A stretch of DNA of 64,000 nt from Polyangiaceae bacterium. GTDB taxonomy: Bacteria > Myxococcota_A > Polyangia > Polyangiales > Polyangiaceae. The DNA lies in contig JBILLK010000013.1 of NCBI GenBank assembly GCA_044376115.1, positions 160,001 through 224,000 on the forward strand. The letters run 5' to 3'. Made by a program: the position numbers and the translations under genes. Shown here piece by piece: positions 50,692 through 60,738 of this stretch. Under the pieces are notes generated by a model. That model saw only the letters and a list, made by a program, of their open reading frames with translations. It was not told the DNA's origin and searched no databases. Each line of letters begins with the position of its first letter. Positions within the stretch are counted from its first letter, which is position 1.

Positions 50692-50702
50692 GCGCGGCCC
50701 AC

Positions 50703-51566
50703 TCAGCTCTTGCGGCTGACCTTGCGAGCCACCGCGGCAAGCACCGTGTTCTCGAGCAAGGTCGCGATCGTCATCGGACCGACGCCGCCTGGAACCGGCG
50801 TGATCGCGCGGACCTTCGGCAGCACGGCGTCAAACGCGACGTCGCCGACGAGGCGACCATCCGGCAGCCGATTGATCCCAACATCGAGCACGACCGCGCC
50901 CTCTTTCACGTAGTCGGCGCCGATCATCTCGGCCCTTCCGACCGCCGCTACGAGCACATCGGCCTCGCGGCAAACCGCGGCAAGATCCTTGGTGCGCGAA
51001 TGAGCGATGGTTACGGTAGCGTGCTCGGCCAGCAGCAGCTGGGCCATCGGCTTGCCGACGATGTTGCTGCGCCCGACCACCACCGCGCGCGCCCCGACCA
51101 GCGAAACACCGGTCTCACGCAAGAGCCGCATGGTGCCTTTGGGCGTGCACGGTACGAGCCCCGGCCGACCTGCCGAAAGCAAGCCAACGTTCACCGGGTG
51201 AAAGCCGTCCACGTCTTTGGAGGGGTGAATGGTCTCGAGCACGACCTCCTCACGGATGTGCTTCGGCAAAGGAAGCTGCACCAAGATGCCGTCCACCGTA
51301 TCGTCGGCGTTCAGCTCCTCCAGCTTGGCGATCAGCTCGGCCTCGCTGGTCGACGCCGGCAAGGTGTGCAGCTTGCCACGCACGCCGACTTCGTTCGCCG
51401 CCTTCTCCTTGTTGCGCGTGTACACGACGCTTGCGGGATCTTCGCCGACGAGGATCACCTCGAGACCCGGTGCGCGCCCGTGCTCTTGGGTGAAGCTACT
51501 CGCTGCCGAAGCAACCTCGGCTCGCACCAACTTCGCAATCGCTTTGCCGTCGATTCGCTGGCTCAT
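50703..51566 (-). CDS. folD: Methylenetetrahydrofolate dehydrogenase/cyclohydrolase
   Basis: [57 protein letters not shown]. Confidence 0.97.
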   Translation of the reverse strand: MSQRIDGKAIAKLVRAEVASAASSFTQEHGRAPGLEVILVGEDPASVVYTRNKEKAANEVGVRGKLHTLPASTSEAELIAKLEELNADDTVDGILVQLPLPKHIREEVVLETIHPSKDVDGFHPVNVGLLSAGRPGLVPCTPKGTMRLLRETGVSLVGARAVVVGRSNIVGKPMAQLLLAEHATVTIAHSRTKDLAAVCREADVLVAAVGRAEMIGADYVKEGAVVLDVGINRLPDGRLVGDVAFDAVLPKVRAITPVPGGVGPMTIATLLENTVLAAVARKVSRKS

Positions 51567-51616
51567 CACCCGTCGGCTTACTCCCGAAGCTGGCGCGCGA
51601 GAAGCACAAGGCGGCG

Positions 51617-52339
51617 TCAGCGCGCTTCTTGGGCTGACTCAGGGTACGCGAGAGCCCGCACCCGCGCGCGAAACTCGAGGAGCCGCGTACTGTCACGAAC
51701 GGCGGCCTTCGACGGCCCCTCGACCGGGAAGGCCATCAGACTCTCGACGAAGGCGAACAACACCGCGTCGATGCTGGTGGGTTCATCGCCAAAAACGAAC
51801 GGCTTAGTGCCGAGCGCCTCATCGAGCACCTCGAAATCGCGCAGCACCAGCGCGTGCACCTCCTGCTCGCTGAGCAGGCCAGTCCCTTGCGCCATTACTT
51901 GCTTCTTCACCCCGCGTCGCAGCAGCGGCAGCACCAAATGATTGAGCACCGGCGGAGCCATTTTCAGCAGCACCGGCTTGTACGCAGCGAAGCCCTCTTC
52001 ATCCACCCAGCGAATCCAGCACAGACCAAAGTAGGTGCTGGCCTCCAGAATGCGCCGTAGCGCGTGGCTACGACGCTTTTCGGATTCACTCAGGCGCTGA
52101 TCCAGATCCACTCCGTGGTGCGTGGCCAAATGTTCGATCACGCGCTGCGAGTCGGCGACCACGGTGCCATCGATGTCGCCCCAAGGCACCTTGCCATTCG
52201 GCGACTGCATCGGGGCGCCGTTGCGTGACTCGAATGGCACCTTGGCCAAGCGCAGGTACGTCTCGAGCTTGATGCAGAACGGGCTGACGCTGGGCGCGCC
52301 CCAGGCTCCGGGCAGCTGAAAGAGCTTCACAGCAGGCAT
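51617..52339 (-). CDS. Glutathione S-transferase family protein (metaxin/FAX-like)
   Basis: [41 protein letters not shown]. Confidence 0.85.
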   Translation of the reverse strand: MPAVKLFQLPGAWGAPSVSPFCIKLETYLRLAKVPFESRNGAPMQSPNGKVPWGDIDGTVVADSQRVIEHLATHHGVDLDQRLSESEKRRSHALRRILEASTYFGLCWIRWVDEEGFAAYKPVLLKMAPPVLNHLVLPLLRRGVKKQVMAQGTGLLSEQEVHALVLRDFEVLDEALGTKPFVFGDEPTSIDAVLFAFVESLMAFPVEGPSKAAVRDSTRLLEFRARVRALAYPESAQEAR

Positions 52340-52399
52340 GCTTCACCGTTTACCAAACAGCGTGCGGATTCAAGCCGCGGTGTAGGCTATGCTGCTCCC

Positions 52400-54769
52400 G
52401 TGTCCGCCCCGGACGTTACGCACCAAGCGACCGCTGCAACGGTCCTACTCGGCGGCGATGGTTCGCAGTCGACACGCGGTAACGCGGAGCTTCCGCTCGG
52501 GGAGCTATTTGCTGGACGCTACTTCATCGAGCGCCTGCTCGGGCGCGGCGGCATGGGCGTGGTCTACCGCGCGCGCGACGAGCTCGTCGAGGATTGGGTG
52601 GCGGTCAAGCTGCTCGACCTCGGAGGCGCACTCGGTGCGGGTGCCGTGGATCTGTTCCGCCGCGAAGTGCGCGTGGCCCGTCGCATCACGCACTCGAACG
52701 TCGTGCGCATCTACGACCTGGACGATCACTTCGGCAAGCTGTTCATCTCGATGGAGTACGTCGATGGCGCCGATCTGCGTCGGCATATGAACGAGGCCGG
52801 CGGAAGTTTTGCGCCGGCGCGTGCAGCCTTCGTCGCATTGAAGATCGCCGAGGCGCTGAGCGCCGCCCATTCCGTGGAGGTGGTGCATCGCGATCTGAAG
52901 CCAGAGAACGTGCTCGTGGCCAAAGACGGTCGGCTCGTGCTTTCAGACTTCGGCATCGCCAGCGTGATCGACCGCAGCGCAGGCGACAGCCAGGTGGTCG
53001 GCACTCCGACGTACATGGCCCCCGAGCAGGTGGCCGGTACCAGCAACGGTCCTTCGGTGGACATCTACGCGCTGGGAACGCTGCTCTTCGAGATGTTGGC
53101 TGGAAGGCCGCCCTTCCCCGGAGACAACGGCATGGCCGTGGCGCTCGCGCGCCTCACCGATAAAGCGCCTGAGCTGCGCGCTTTTTGCAGCTGCCCCGAC
53201 GAGCTCGCGGTGCTGGCAATGGAATGTTTGCAACAAAGGCCAGAGGACAGGCCAGCGAGCGCTGAGGAGATCGCGGCTCGCCTGACGGAGATCCTCGAGC
53301 AAGTGGAGCCCTCGGCCGCCACCGGCATACCGCTTTTGCGCACGCCCAGTCGCACCGCCATGCCCAAGGTCAGCAGCGTGGTGCGCTCGGTGAGCCGGCT
53401 CAGCCTTGCCTGCCTACCGTTCAGCTACCGCGGCCCGGCCGACCATGACTACCTGGGAGAGGCGCTCTCCAGCGAACTCATCGACGTACTCTCGCGCACC
53501 AAAGGATTGCGCGTACTCGGTGCCTCCGCCGTTGGGCGCGTGGGTGAAGAACGAGATCCGCGCAAGCTCTCGAGTTCGCTCGGGGTGGACTACATCGTGG
53601 ACGGTGGCGTGCACGTACTCGGCGAGAAGCTGCGGGTCTCGGTCAGGGTGCTCGACGCCTCGGGCACGCAGCTCACCAGCCAACGCTTCGATCTCGGGAT
53701 CGCCGACATCTTTGAGCTGCAGGATCGCGCCGGGCAGATGATCGCCGAAACGCTGCGACTCGAAATCACCACCCGCACGCTGAGTGAGGCGGTGCCCGAA
53801 GCGGCGGTGGAGGCCTATTTGCGCGCCCGTAAGATCTTGCGTACGCAGGCCTTCGATCAGGTCGCGGAGGCGGTCGAGCTGTTGGAGAAAGCCGTCGGCA
53901 TGAGCCCAAGCTTCGAGCCGGCGGTCGCAGCGTTGGCGATCGCCACGGTACAGACCTGGTTCTACCCGACCGGTGCACCGGAGCGCGATTGGGGCGCTTG
54001 CGCTGAGGCCGCCGTGAACGAGGCGCTGCGGCTTGCTCCCGAACAGCCTGAAACGCACGTGGCCGCGGCCCGCCTCAATTCGCAAAAAGGCTCACTGCGC
54101 GAAGCCATCGTTTCCACCCGGCGCGCGCTCGAGCTCGCTCCAACCTCCGCCGACGCGAACCACATCCTCGGGCAGTTGCAGTGCGAGACGGGCAAGGTCG
54201 AGGAGGGCCTCGCGCGACTGGCGATGGCCTATCAACTCGAGCCGACGTCACCCGCCTATCACTACGAAACCGCACGCTACGCCGCCTTCATTCACGACGT
54301 CCCGACCTTCGAGCGCGCCGTCGCCGAGGTAGCGAAGGTCTCCTCTCCCTTCCTCCCGCTGCATTTGCGGCTGCGTGCCGGCGCCTTCTGGAAAGACCGC
54401 TCGCGGCTCGAGGCGGTGCGCGCAGAAGCTTCGGTCTTGGGCCCACCGATGGCGGACTTGTTCCATGCGGTGGCCGAGGCCTATCTCGGCAACACCGATC
54501 CGCTCGCGGCGGTGGCGGCGATGGTGCCCATCCTACGCTTCGTGAACATGCGCTTTGGGACCATCCTGCGGCAGGTCAGCGTCGAGCTGCACGCCGTTGC
54601 GGGCGACCTCGACGGCGCGCTCGAATGGCTGATCGAAGCACATAGCACGCTGCTCTACGACATCGTCTGGCTCGACCGCTGCCCATTGCTCGAGCCGTTG
54701 CGCGGCAACCCTCAGTTCGAACGCATCGTGGCGGACGTTCGCGCAAACACGAACGCAGTTTGGCGGTAG
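52400..54769 (+). CDS. Ser/Thr protein kinase with TolB-N-like and TPR domains
   Basis: LGRGGMGVVY, VAVK, HRDLKPEN, DFG, GTPTYMAPE; LACLPF..YL.EAL..ELI..LS module; TPRs. Confidence 0.92.
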   Translation: MSAPDVTHQATAATVLLGGDGSQSTRGNAELPLGELFAGRYFIERLLGRGGMGVVYRARDELVEDWVAVKLLDLGGALGAGAVDLFRREVRVARRITHSNVVRIYDLDDHFGKLFISMEYVDGADLRRHMNEAGGSFAPARAAFVALKIAEALSAAHSVEVVHRDLKPENVLVAKDGRLVLSDFGIASVIDRSAGDSQVVGTPTYMAPEQVAGTSNGPSVDIYALGTLLFEMLAGRPPFPGDNGMAVALARLTDKAPELRAFCSCPDELAVLAMECLQQRPEDRPASAEEIAARLTEILEQVEPSAATGIPLLRTPSRTAMPKVSSVVRSVSRLSLACLPFSYRGPADHDYLGEALSSELIDVLSRTKGLRVLGASAVGRVGEERDPRKLSSSLGVDYIVDGGVHVLGEKLRVSVRVLDASGTQLTSQRFDLGIADIFELQDRAGQMIAETLRLEITTRTLSEAVPEAAVEAYLRARKILRTQAFDQVAEAVELLEKAVGMSPSFEPAVAALAIATVQTWFYPTGAPERDWGACAEAAVNEALRLAPEQPETHVAAARLNSQKGSLREAIVSTRRALELAPTSADANHILGQLQCETGKVEEGLARLAMAYQLEPTSPAYHYETARYAAFIHDVPTFERAVAEVAKVSSPFLPLHLRLRAGAFWKDRSRLEAVRAEASVLGPPMADLFHAVAEAYLGNTDPLAAVAAMVPILRFVNMRFGTILRQVSVELHAVAGDLDGALEWLIEAHSTLLYDIVWLDRCPLLEPLRGNPQFERIVADVRANTNAVWR

Positions 54770-54770
54770 C

Positions 54771-56375
54771 GTGCAGCACGGCTCTCGACTCGGCGACTTT
54801 GAGATCGATGGCGTCCTTGGCGAAGGCGGCAGCTCGGTCGTGTACGCCGCACGTTGGGGCGCTCGCGAGGTCGCCCTCAAGGTGATCCAATCCGAGGGTC
54901 CGGTGACGGAGGCGGATCGCACGCGCTTTCTGGCCGAGGCCGAGCGTATGCAACGCGTCGTTCATTCGTCGCTGATTTCGCTCTTGGGCGCTGGCTTCCT
55001 GCCGGATGGCCGGCCCTTCATCGCCATGCCACGGTTGCGTGGTCGCACCCTCGCAGATCACTCGGCGCCGATCGCGATCGAGCAAGCGCTGGCGCTGTTC
55101 GAAGACGTCGTTCACGGCGTGAGCGCGCTGCACGCCGCGGGGCTGGTGCATCGCGACATCAAGCCGCAGAACATCATGTGGGTCGAGCCGGAGGACCGCT
55201 TGGTCCTGCTCGATCTCGGCATCGCGCGGGAGATCGATGCCTCGCCTTCGACCACCACGCGGGCAGGCTTCTCGCGCGGAACGCCGGCCTACATGGCGCC
55301 GGAACGCCTGTTTGGACAGAGCGCCACGCTGCGCAGCGATCTCTATGAATTGGCGCTGGTGCTGGTGGTGATGCTGCTCGGTCGGCTGCCCTGGGAGGAA
55401 GGGGATCCCCAGGGCCGCATGTTGCCGGATCTTTCGGCTTCGGGTCCGAACGGAGCGTTGATCCCGCAGGCGTTGGCGCCGACCCTCGCGCGCGCGTTGT
55501 CCCTCGACGTAGAGCGACGACCAACTTCGGCGAGCGAGCTCTTGGCGTGGATCGTCGAGGCGCATCCCCCCACGCAGAAACGCTTCAATCTGGCCACCGC
55601 GCCCACCGAGTTGCATCGCACGCCGCAAGCAGCTTCGCGGCAGCACGTATTTGCAGTCTCCGGCTTCCCAATGAGCCTGCCAGCGTCCGAGCAAGGCTCA
55701 CCTCCTCAAGGCTTCATCACCCAACCTTCAACGCCCATCCAACGAGCGGCGCTGCTTGCTTCTTCGCCACCGCCCGCGCCCGCGCCGGCGGCCTCACCTC
55801 GCAACATCGTTCCCTTCGTCGCGATCGGGGGAGCGCTGGTGATGGCTTCGGTCGGAGCGGCGCTGCTGGTGCGAGATCGCGTACCCGAAGCCACCACGAA
55901 GGGCGCGCCGAGCGCTACGGAAGCGCCGTCAAGCGTCGCTACAGCAACGCCGTCATCCGCTGCCGACGCGGCAGGCTCCTCGAGTCCAACCGTTTCGCCG
56001 GGCTTTGGACCGGCTGGGCCTTCAGCGAGTCCCACCGCCTCGGCGAGCAGCGCTCCGAGCGCAGGGCCGAAGCCCAGCGTTACGCCGTCTGCAACCTCGA
56101 AACCCAGCGCGACGTCTGTAACGCCCACCTCTCCGTCGGCGACCAGCAGCGGGAGCGCAACCTCAGCACCGATGAGCGCTGCCTGCAAAAGCTACGTCGC
56201 GCTGATGTGCTCGCCCTCGAGCGGCGCAAGTGCGCTCGAGTGCAGCTCAGCGCGAAGCAATGCGGCCAGTTGGACTACGAAGTTTCCCACGAGCGTCGCC
56301 AGCGAGACCTGCCAATCTGCGCTCAACGCCTCGCAAATTGGCCTCGCCGGGCGCAAAGATTGGCAGCCGCCCTGA
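54771..56375 (+). CDS. Membrane Ser/Thr protein kinase
   Basis: LGEGGSSVVY, VALK, HRDIKPQN, DLG, GTPAYMAPE; TM; Ser/Pro linker; Cys-containing C-terminal domain. Confidence 0.9.
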   Translation: MQHGSRLGDFEIDGVLGEGGSSVVYAARWGAREVALKVIQSEGPVTEADRTRFLAEAERMQRVVHSSLISLLGAGFLPDGRPFIAMPRLRGRTLADHSAPIAIEQALALFEDVVHGVSALHAAGLVHRDIKPQNIMWVEPEDRLVLLDLGIAREIDASPSTTTRAGFSRGTPAYMAPERLFGQSATLRSDLYELALVLVVMLLGRLPWEEGDPQGRMLPDLSASGPNGALIPQALAPTLARALSLDVERRPTSASELLAWIVEAHPPTQKRFNLATAPTELHRTPQAASRQHVFAVSGFPMSLPASEQGSPPQGFITQPSTPIQRAALLASSPPPAPAPAASPRNIVPFVAIGGALVMASVGAALLVRDRVPEATTKGAPSATEAPSSVATATPSSAADAAGSSSPTVSPGFGPAGPSASPTASASSAPSAGPKPSVTPSATSKPSATSVTPTSPSATSSGSATSAPMSAACKSYVALMCSPSSGASALECSSARSNAASWTTKFPTSVASETCQSALNASQIGLAGRKDWQPP

Positions 56376-56379
56376 GCAG

Positions 56380-57018
56380 CTAGGCCTGGCCTTGCACGTG
56401 TGCGCGCATCCATTCGGATTCTTCAGCGCACATGGCCAACGTCTTGGCCGCGGTTTGACTGAGCACCTCCTCGCGCGGCGGATCCGACGAAGGGTCGTGA
56501 TAAGCATCGAGCAGGCCCAACGACGCAATCCACTCGAGCTCGGTGAAGCCTGCACCAACTTTGCGCGCCAAGTCGGCGATCACCAAGGTCAGCAGCTTGA
56601 AGTGCGGCTTGTAGGGTACGTCGATCGTACGGATCGGCGCCTCGGGGCTGATCCAAAGTTGCTCGGTGGCAGCCAGCACTTCCGCCGCAGCCTCCGGCTC
56701 CTCCAACAACATGACCGCAACGTCTGCGAGCATGCCCATCACGCCAGCATCGCGCAGCGATGCGATGCCGGGCCCCTCGAAGTAGCGGCCGACGACCTGC
56801 GGAGGTACCAGCGCGGCGCGCACAGCCGCCTGACCGCCCTGCCCTTCCCACACCGGCGAAACCACGATCTCTCCCTCCGCGAGCTCCTTCCGCAGCGATA
56901 GCGCATGCAACAGGATGGCCCGCGCATCTTGGACGATGGTGTCTGCGTCGGGAATGTCGAAGGTCTCGGGGAGATGCAACATGGCGCGGCTTGATCCGGC
57001 GGGCTTTTCGAGGCTCAT
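56380..57018 (-). CDS. Conserved hypothetical protein
   Basis: Clean ORF with globular composition; no motif recognised. Confidence 0.65.
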   Translation of the reverse strand: MSLEKPAGSSRAMLHLPETFDIPDADTIVQDARAILLHALSLRKELAEGEIVVSPVWEGQGGQAAVRAALVPPQVVGRYFEGPGIASLRDAGVMGMLADVAVMLLEEPEAAAEVLAATEQLWISPEAPIRTIDVPYKPHFKLLTLVIADLARKVGAGFTELEWIASLGLLDAYHDPSSDPPREEVLSQTAAKTLAMCAEESEWMRAHVQGQA

Positions 57019-57063
57019 GCGATCGGAGATACCAGCAAGCCTGCCGTCAAAGCAGCAACTTGA

Positions 57064-58341
57064 TCAGCGCAACCGCAAGAAGGCGACGATTCCGCCGCCG
57101 ATAGCGATCGCCAGCAAGACCGCGAGCCCGCCCCAAAGCGCCCACCGCGCAGACGACTTCGGTTTACGACGCATGGCGCTCAGCGCCGCTGCGGCAGCGG
57201 CATCCTGACGCATGGTGGCAGCGAGCGCCGCGGCGTGACTTTGTGGGATCGTCGCTGCCATCGGGCTGGCTTCCTGAACGATCGTGGCCGCGAGCCCGGA
57301 CAGCGCCGGCGCGCTAGCGACGTTGGCTTGCACCTGCGGTTGCCCGCTCGAATGCGATGGTAGCGGGTGCGCCTTCGGTTGGGTCGCTGCCAGCGCTGCG
57401 ACGAGCTGGGGGCTGGAGTCGTGCCGCAACATGACCTGCGTACCGTGCAGCCCCGAGCCGGGATGCGCCGGTGGCGCGCTAGCGGGGCGCGGCAGCAGGC
57501 CCGTCGCAACGAGCGCCCGACGCATCTCTTCAGCCGACTTGTAACGGTCGGACAACTCCGGCGCGGTTGCTCGACGCAGCACCGACGTAAGCGACAGTGG
57601 AATCAGCGCGGAGCGGAACTCGGCTGGGCGACCGCTCAGCTTCTCAGTGCAGATCGCTAGCGCATCGCCCTGATAGACCGCCTCTTTCGTCAGCATCTCG
57701 GCCAGCACCAACCCCAACGCGAATAGGTCCGTTCCCGGCCCAGGGGCTGCCCCGCGAATCTGCTCCGGCGCCATGTACACGGGCGTTCCGACCATTGCAC
57801 CCTGCGCAGTGAGCCGCTCCGCGGCGACCGCGGATTTGGCGATGCCAAAGTCCACCAGCTTGACCAACCCCGCAGGCGCCGAACAAAGGAACACGTTGCC
57901 GGGCTTCACGTCGCGATGGACGATCTGTTGCTCGTGAGCTTCCTGGAGCGAGCCCAAGATGTCGATCGAGATGCCGAGCGCCTGCTCGAGAGCGACCGGG
58001 CCAACGCTCAATCTCTCCTCCAGCGAGCAGCCAACCAGCAGCTCGAACACGATGAACGGCGTTCCGTCTCCGGCGTCGCCGGTGTCGAGGACGCGCACCG
58101 TGCTCGGATGCCGAAGGCCCATCACAAGCGCAGATTCCCGCTCAAAACGGGTCCGCGCATCGCGCTGAGCCAGCGCCTCACGTGAGAGCAGCTTGATCGC
58201 AACCGCTTGGCCGCTAGCCAAGTGCCGGCCACGAAACACCGAGCCAAAGCCACCTCGACCAAGCGCCGACTCAAGTAGGTAGCGGCCACCAATCATTCTA
58301 CCCGCGGACCACGTCCCGGGCGCTGGACCTCGCATCCCCAC
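57064..58341 (-). CDS. Ser/Thr protein kinase with C-terminal TM anchor
   Basis: LGRGGFGSVF, VAIK, HRDVKPGN, DFG, GTPVYMAPE; C-terminal hydrophobic helix. Confidence 0.92.
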   Translation of the reverse strand: MGMRGPAPGTWSAGRMIGGRYLLESALGRGGFGSVFRGRHLASGQAVAIKLLSREALAQRDARTRFERESALVMGLRHPSTVRVLDTGDAGDGTPFIVFELLVGCSLEERLSVGPVALEQALGISIDILGSLQEAHEQQIVHRDVKPGNVFLCSAPAGLVKLVDFGIAKSAVAAERLTAQGAMVGTPVYMAPEQIRGAAPGPGTDLFALGLVLAEMLTKEAVYQGDALAICTEKLSGRPAEFRSALIPLSLTSVLRRATAPELSDRYKSAEEMRRALVATGLLPRPASAPPAHPGSGLHGTQVMLRHDSSPQLVAALAATQPKAHPLPSHSSGQPQVQANVASAPALSGLAATIVQEASPMAATIPQSHAAALAATMRQDAAAAAALSAMRRKPKSSARWALWGGLAVLLAIAIGGGIVAFLRLR

Positions 58342-58389
58342 CCGCCCATGCTAGCCCACATAGGGAGGATTGGTGCTAGGGTGCCTTCC

Positions 58390-59061
58390 TTGATCAAACA
58401 TGCACCGATTCCGAAACGGAACTTGTCGGTGCTGCTCTTGGAAGACCACCCGCTTTTGATGCGCGGGGTAACCGCCATGCTCGATGCTGCGGGGCACTCG
58501 GTGAGCGCAAGCCGAACCTCGGTCGCGGCGGCGTTAGAGCCAGGCCCGGCGTATGACGTCGCGGTGGTGGACATCGAATTGCCTGGGGTCTCCGGGCTCG
58601 AGTTCGTTCGTGAAGCAACGAGCCGGGGCGGGGCTTGCGTGGTTTTCTCGGTGCACGGTGACGCCAACCACGTGCGCGAGGCCGTTCGCGCAGGAGCCTT
58701 GGGCTATGTGCGCAAGACCGCAACGCCCGAGATTTTGCTCGAAGCGGTGGAACGCGTAGCGGAGCACAAGTCGTACTTCTGCGACGAGGCGATGGCGGTC
58801 TTTCGCGATGAAGGAACGCCGCTCAAGACCCTCAGCGCCCGCGAACGGCAGGTGGTGCAATTGGTTTGCGAAGGCCTCACGACCAAGGAAGTCGCCGCGT
58901 TCTTGGGCCTCTCTCCTCGCACCGTTGAAACGCATCGCGAGCGACTGATGATCAAGCTCGGCGTGCACAATGTGGTGCGGCTCACTCGCGTTGCGTCGGC
59001 CGCTGGCCTGCTGCGTCGTACGGGTTCACCCGGACAACGGCTCCGTGGTTGGTCCGATTGA
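58390..59061 (+). CDS. NarL/LuxR-family response regulator (start uncertain)
   Basis: LLLEDH, VVDIELPG, GYVRK; LSARERQVVQLVCEGLTTKEVA..LGLSPRTVETHR. Confidence 0.9.
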   Translation: MIKHAPIPKRNLSVLLLEDHPLLMRGVTAMLDAAGHSVSASRTSVAAALEPGPAYDVAVVDIELPGVSGLEFVREATSRGGACVVFSVHGDANHVREAVRAGALGYVRKTATPEILLEAVERVAEHKSYFCDEAMAVFRDEGTPLKTLSARERQVVQLVCEGLTTKEVAAFLGLSPRTVETHRERLMIKLGVHNVVRLTRVASAAGLLRRTGSPGQRLRGWSD

Positions 59062-60137
59062 TGCTCTCCCCTCTCTCTCGAGAGGATGGCGACATGATTG
59101 GATCCGCCAACAATGCCGAGGCCAGGCTGAAGCTGGCTGCCTTCGATACTGCCCGTCGGGCCCTGCTGGTGCTCGACCGCACGGGAAACATCGTCTTGTA
59201 CAACAAGGCAGCCGAACGGCAGTTGGGCGCTGAGGCTGTGCAAGGCAACATCCTCACAACCTTGCCCGGGTTGCGCGCCGTCCTATCCGCTCGAGTTCCG
59301 GCAAAAATTGCCGGCACCGGCTCACACCTGGGGCAAATTGATACAAAGGCCGGGCCACGCGCATTTGAGTTGGCGGAGCTACCGCTCGACGATCAGACCT
59401 TCCTTCTTCTGCAGCTTTCAGCTGAGGAGCCATTGCTCAACGAGCTGCGGCCGTCCGAACTATCGACCTACCAACTTTCACACGACTTCAGCAACGCCAT
59501 GACCGCCCTGCGGTACCACACGTCGTTCGTGAAGCAGGTATTGCCGGCCAACGACCCACTGGCAAGTGAGCTCGACATCGTCGATGAAGCAGCCTCCCAA
59601 GCCGTTGGCCTGGCTCGGCAACTGGTGCTCGCGCAGCGTGCACCAACGAGCCGCTGCGCTGCAGCGCTCAACGCTGGCATTCTCGAGGTGGTGCGTCTCC
59701 TGTCCCGCTCCGACAACAAGCGCACGCCGATCAACGTCGATCTCGATAACACCGTGGGCGAGGTTCGGCTGCTGCCAGGTCAACTCCACCAGCTGCTGAG
59801 CAACCTCGTGCTGAACGCGCTGCAAGCCTGCAGTGGTGGCGGTGAGGTCGTGATTCGAACGCGTAGCATCATGGATCTCGATCCTCCACGCTTTGAGTTA
59901 CGCGTCGAAGACCAAGGGCACGGCATCGCACCCGAAGTTCGGGACCAAATCTTCGAGCCTTTCTTCACCACGCGCGCGGTCAAACAAGCCGTACACGGGC
60001 TGGGGCTCTCGATTGTACGGTCGATGGTCGAACAGGCCGATGGCTGCATGAGCATCGAGTCCCGAAAGCACGAAGGCACCACAGTGCGAGTGCTGCTACC
60101 CACCGCCGCGCCGCGCAATAGCGGCGGGCCAAACTAG
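59061..60137 (+). CDS. PAS-domain sensor histidine kinase
   Basis: PAS (LVLDRTGNIVLYNKAAE), H-box SHDFSN, NLVLNA, DQGHGI, FEPFFTT, GLGL; TGATG overlap with the regulator. Confidence 0.88.
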   Translation: MLSPLSREDGDMIGSANNAEARLKLAAFDTARRALLVLDRTGNIVLYNKAAERQLGAEAVQGNILTTLPGLRAVLSARVPAKIAGTGSHLGQIDTKAGPRAFELAELPLDDQTFLLLQLSAEEPLLNELRPSELSTYQLSHDFSNAMTALRYHTSFVKQVLPANDPLASELDIVDEAASQAVGLARQLVLAQRAPTSRCAAALNAGILEVVRLLSRSDNKRTPINVDLDNTVGEVRLLPGQLHQLLSNLVLNALQACSGGGEVVIRTRSIMDLDPPRFELRVEDQGHGIAPEVRDQIFEPFFTTRAVKQAVHGLGLSIVRSMVEQADGCMSIESRKHEGTTVRVLLPTAAPRNSGGPN

Positions 60138-60223
60138 AGCGGCCTTCGCTTGCCCGCCTCAAACTCGGCCACGCAGGCTGTGCCACGAGCGCGCTGGTGA
60201 ACCGACCTCGCCGCTCGAACCTT

Positions 60224-60249
60224 GAAACAACCTGAAACATTGCGAAACA
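60224..60249 (+). promoter_or_regulatory. Three phased direct repeats GAAACA (10-bp period), putative regulator binding site
   Basis: GAAACA at 60224, 60234 and 60244, followed by TAGTAT (60258-60263). Confidence 0.5.
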
Positions 60250-60288
60250 CAGCTAGCTAGTATCGTTCCACCGCAGCGTCGCAACGAC

Positions 60289-60321
60289 AGAAGGAGCGGG
60301 CCGAGGCAGCGCTCCTTCTTT
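60289..60321. terminator. Stem-loop / intrinsic terminator
   Basis: AGAAGGAGCG-N11-CGCTCCTTCT-TT between convergent genes. Confidence 0.65.
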
Positions 60322-60345
60322 ACCGGGCATTCAATGGGCCGAACC

Positions 60346-60738
60346 TCACTCGAGTTTGGCAAGCACGAGACCCAGCTTTTCTTTCACCTTCGCCGCGAGC
60401 TCCACGAGCGCTGGCTCGCCAACGGCGGCCATGGTCAGCGTTGGATCAATGGCCAACACCGTGGCCTTCTCGAGGTCGTTCTCATAAACGACCACGTTAC
60501 ACGGCAACATCAACCCGACCTCGAGCACACTGCTGAGCGCCTCGTAAGCGAGCGGCGGGTTACAGGCGCCCAGAATCTTGTAGCGGCGAAAATCCACGCC
60601 CAACTTGGCTTTGAGCGTGCTCTGGATGTCGATCTCGGTAAGCACGCCGAAACCCTCGGACTTGAGCGCCTCGGGCACGCGTTTCAGCGCGTCGTCAAAG
60701 CTACAGTTGAGTTCCTTTTTGAGGCTAAAGGCAGTCAT
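60346..60738 (-). CDS. DUF302-family protein
   Basis: EGFGVLTEIDIQ.TLK.KLG, YKILGACNP, GLMLPCNVVV. Confidence 0.92.
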   Translation of the reverse strand: MTAFSLKKELNCSFDDALKRVPEALKSEGFGVLTEIDIQSTLKAKLGVDFRRYKILGACNPPLAYEALSSVLEVGLMLPCNVVVYENDLEKATVLAIDPTLTMAAVGEPALVELAAKVKEKLGLVLAKLE

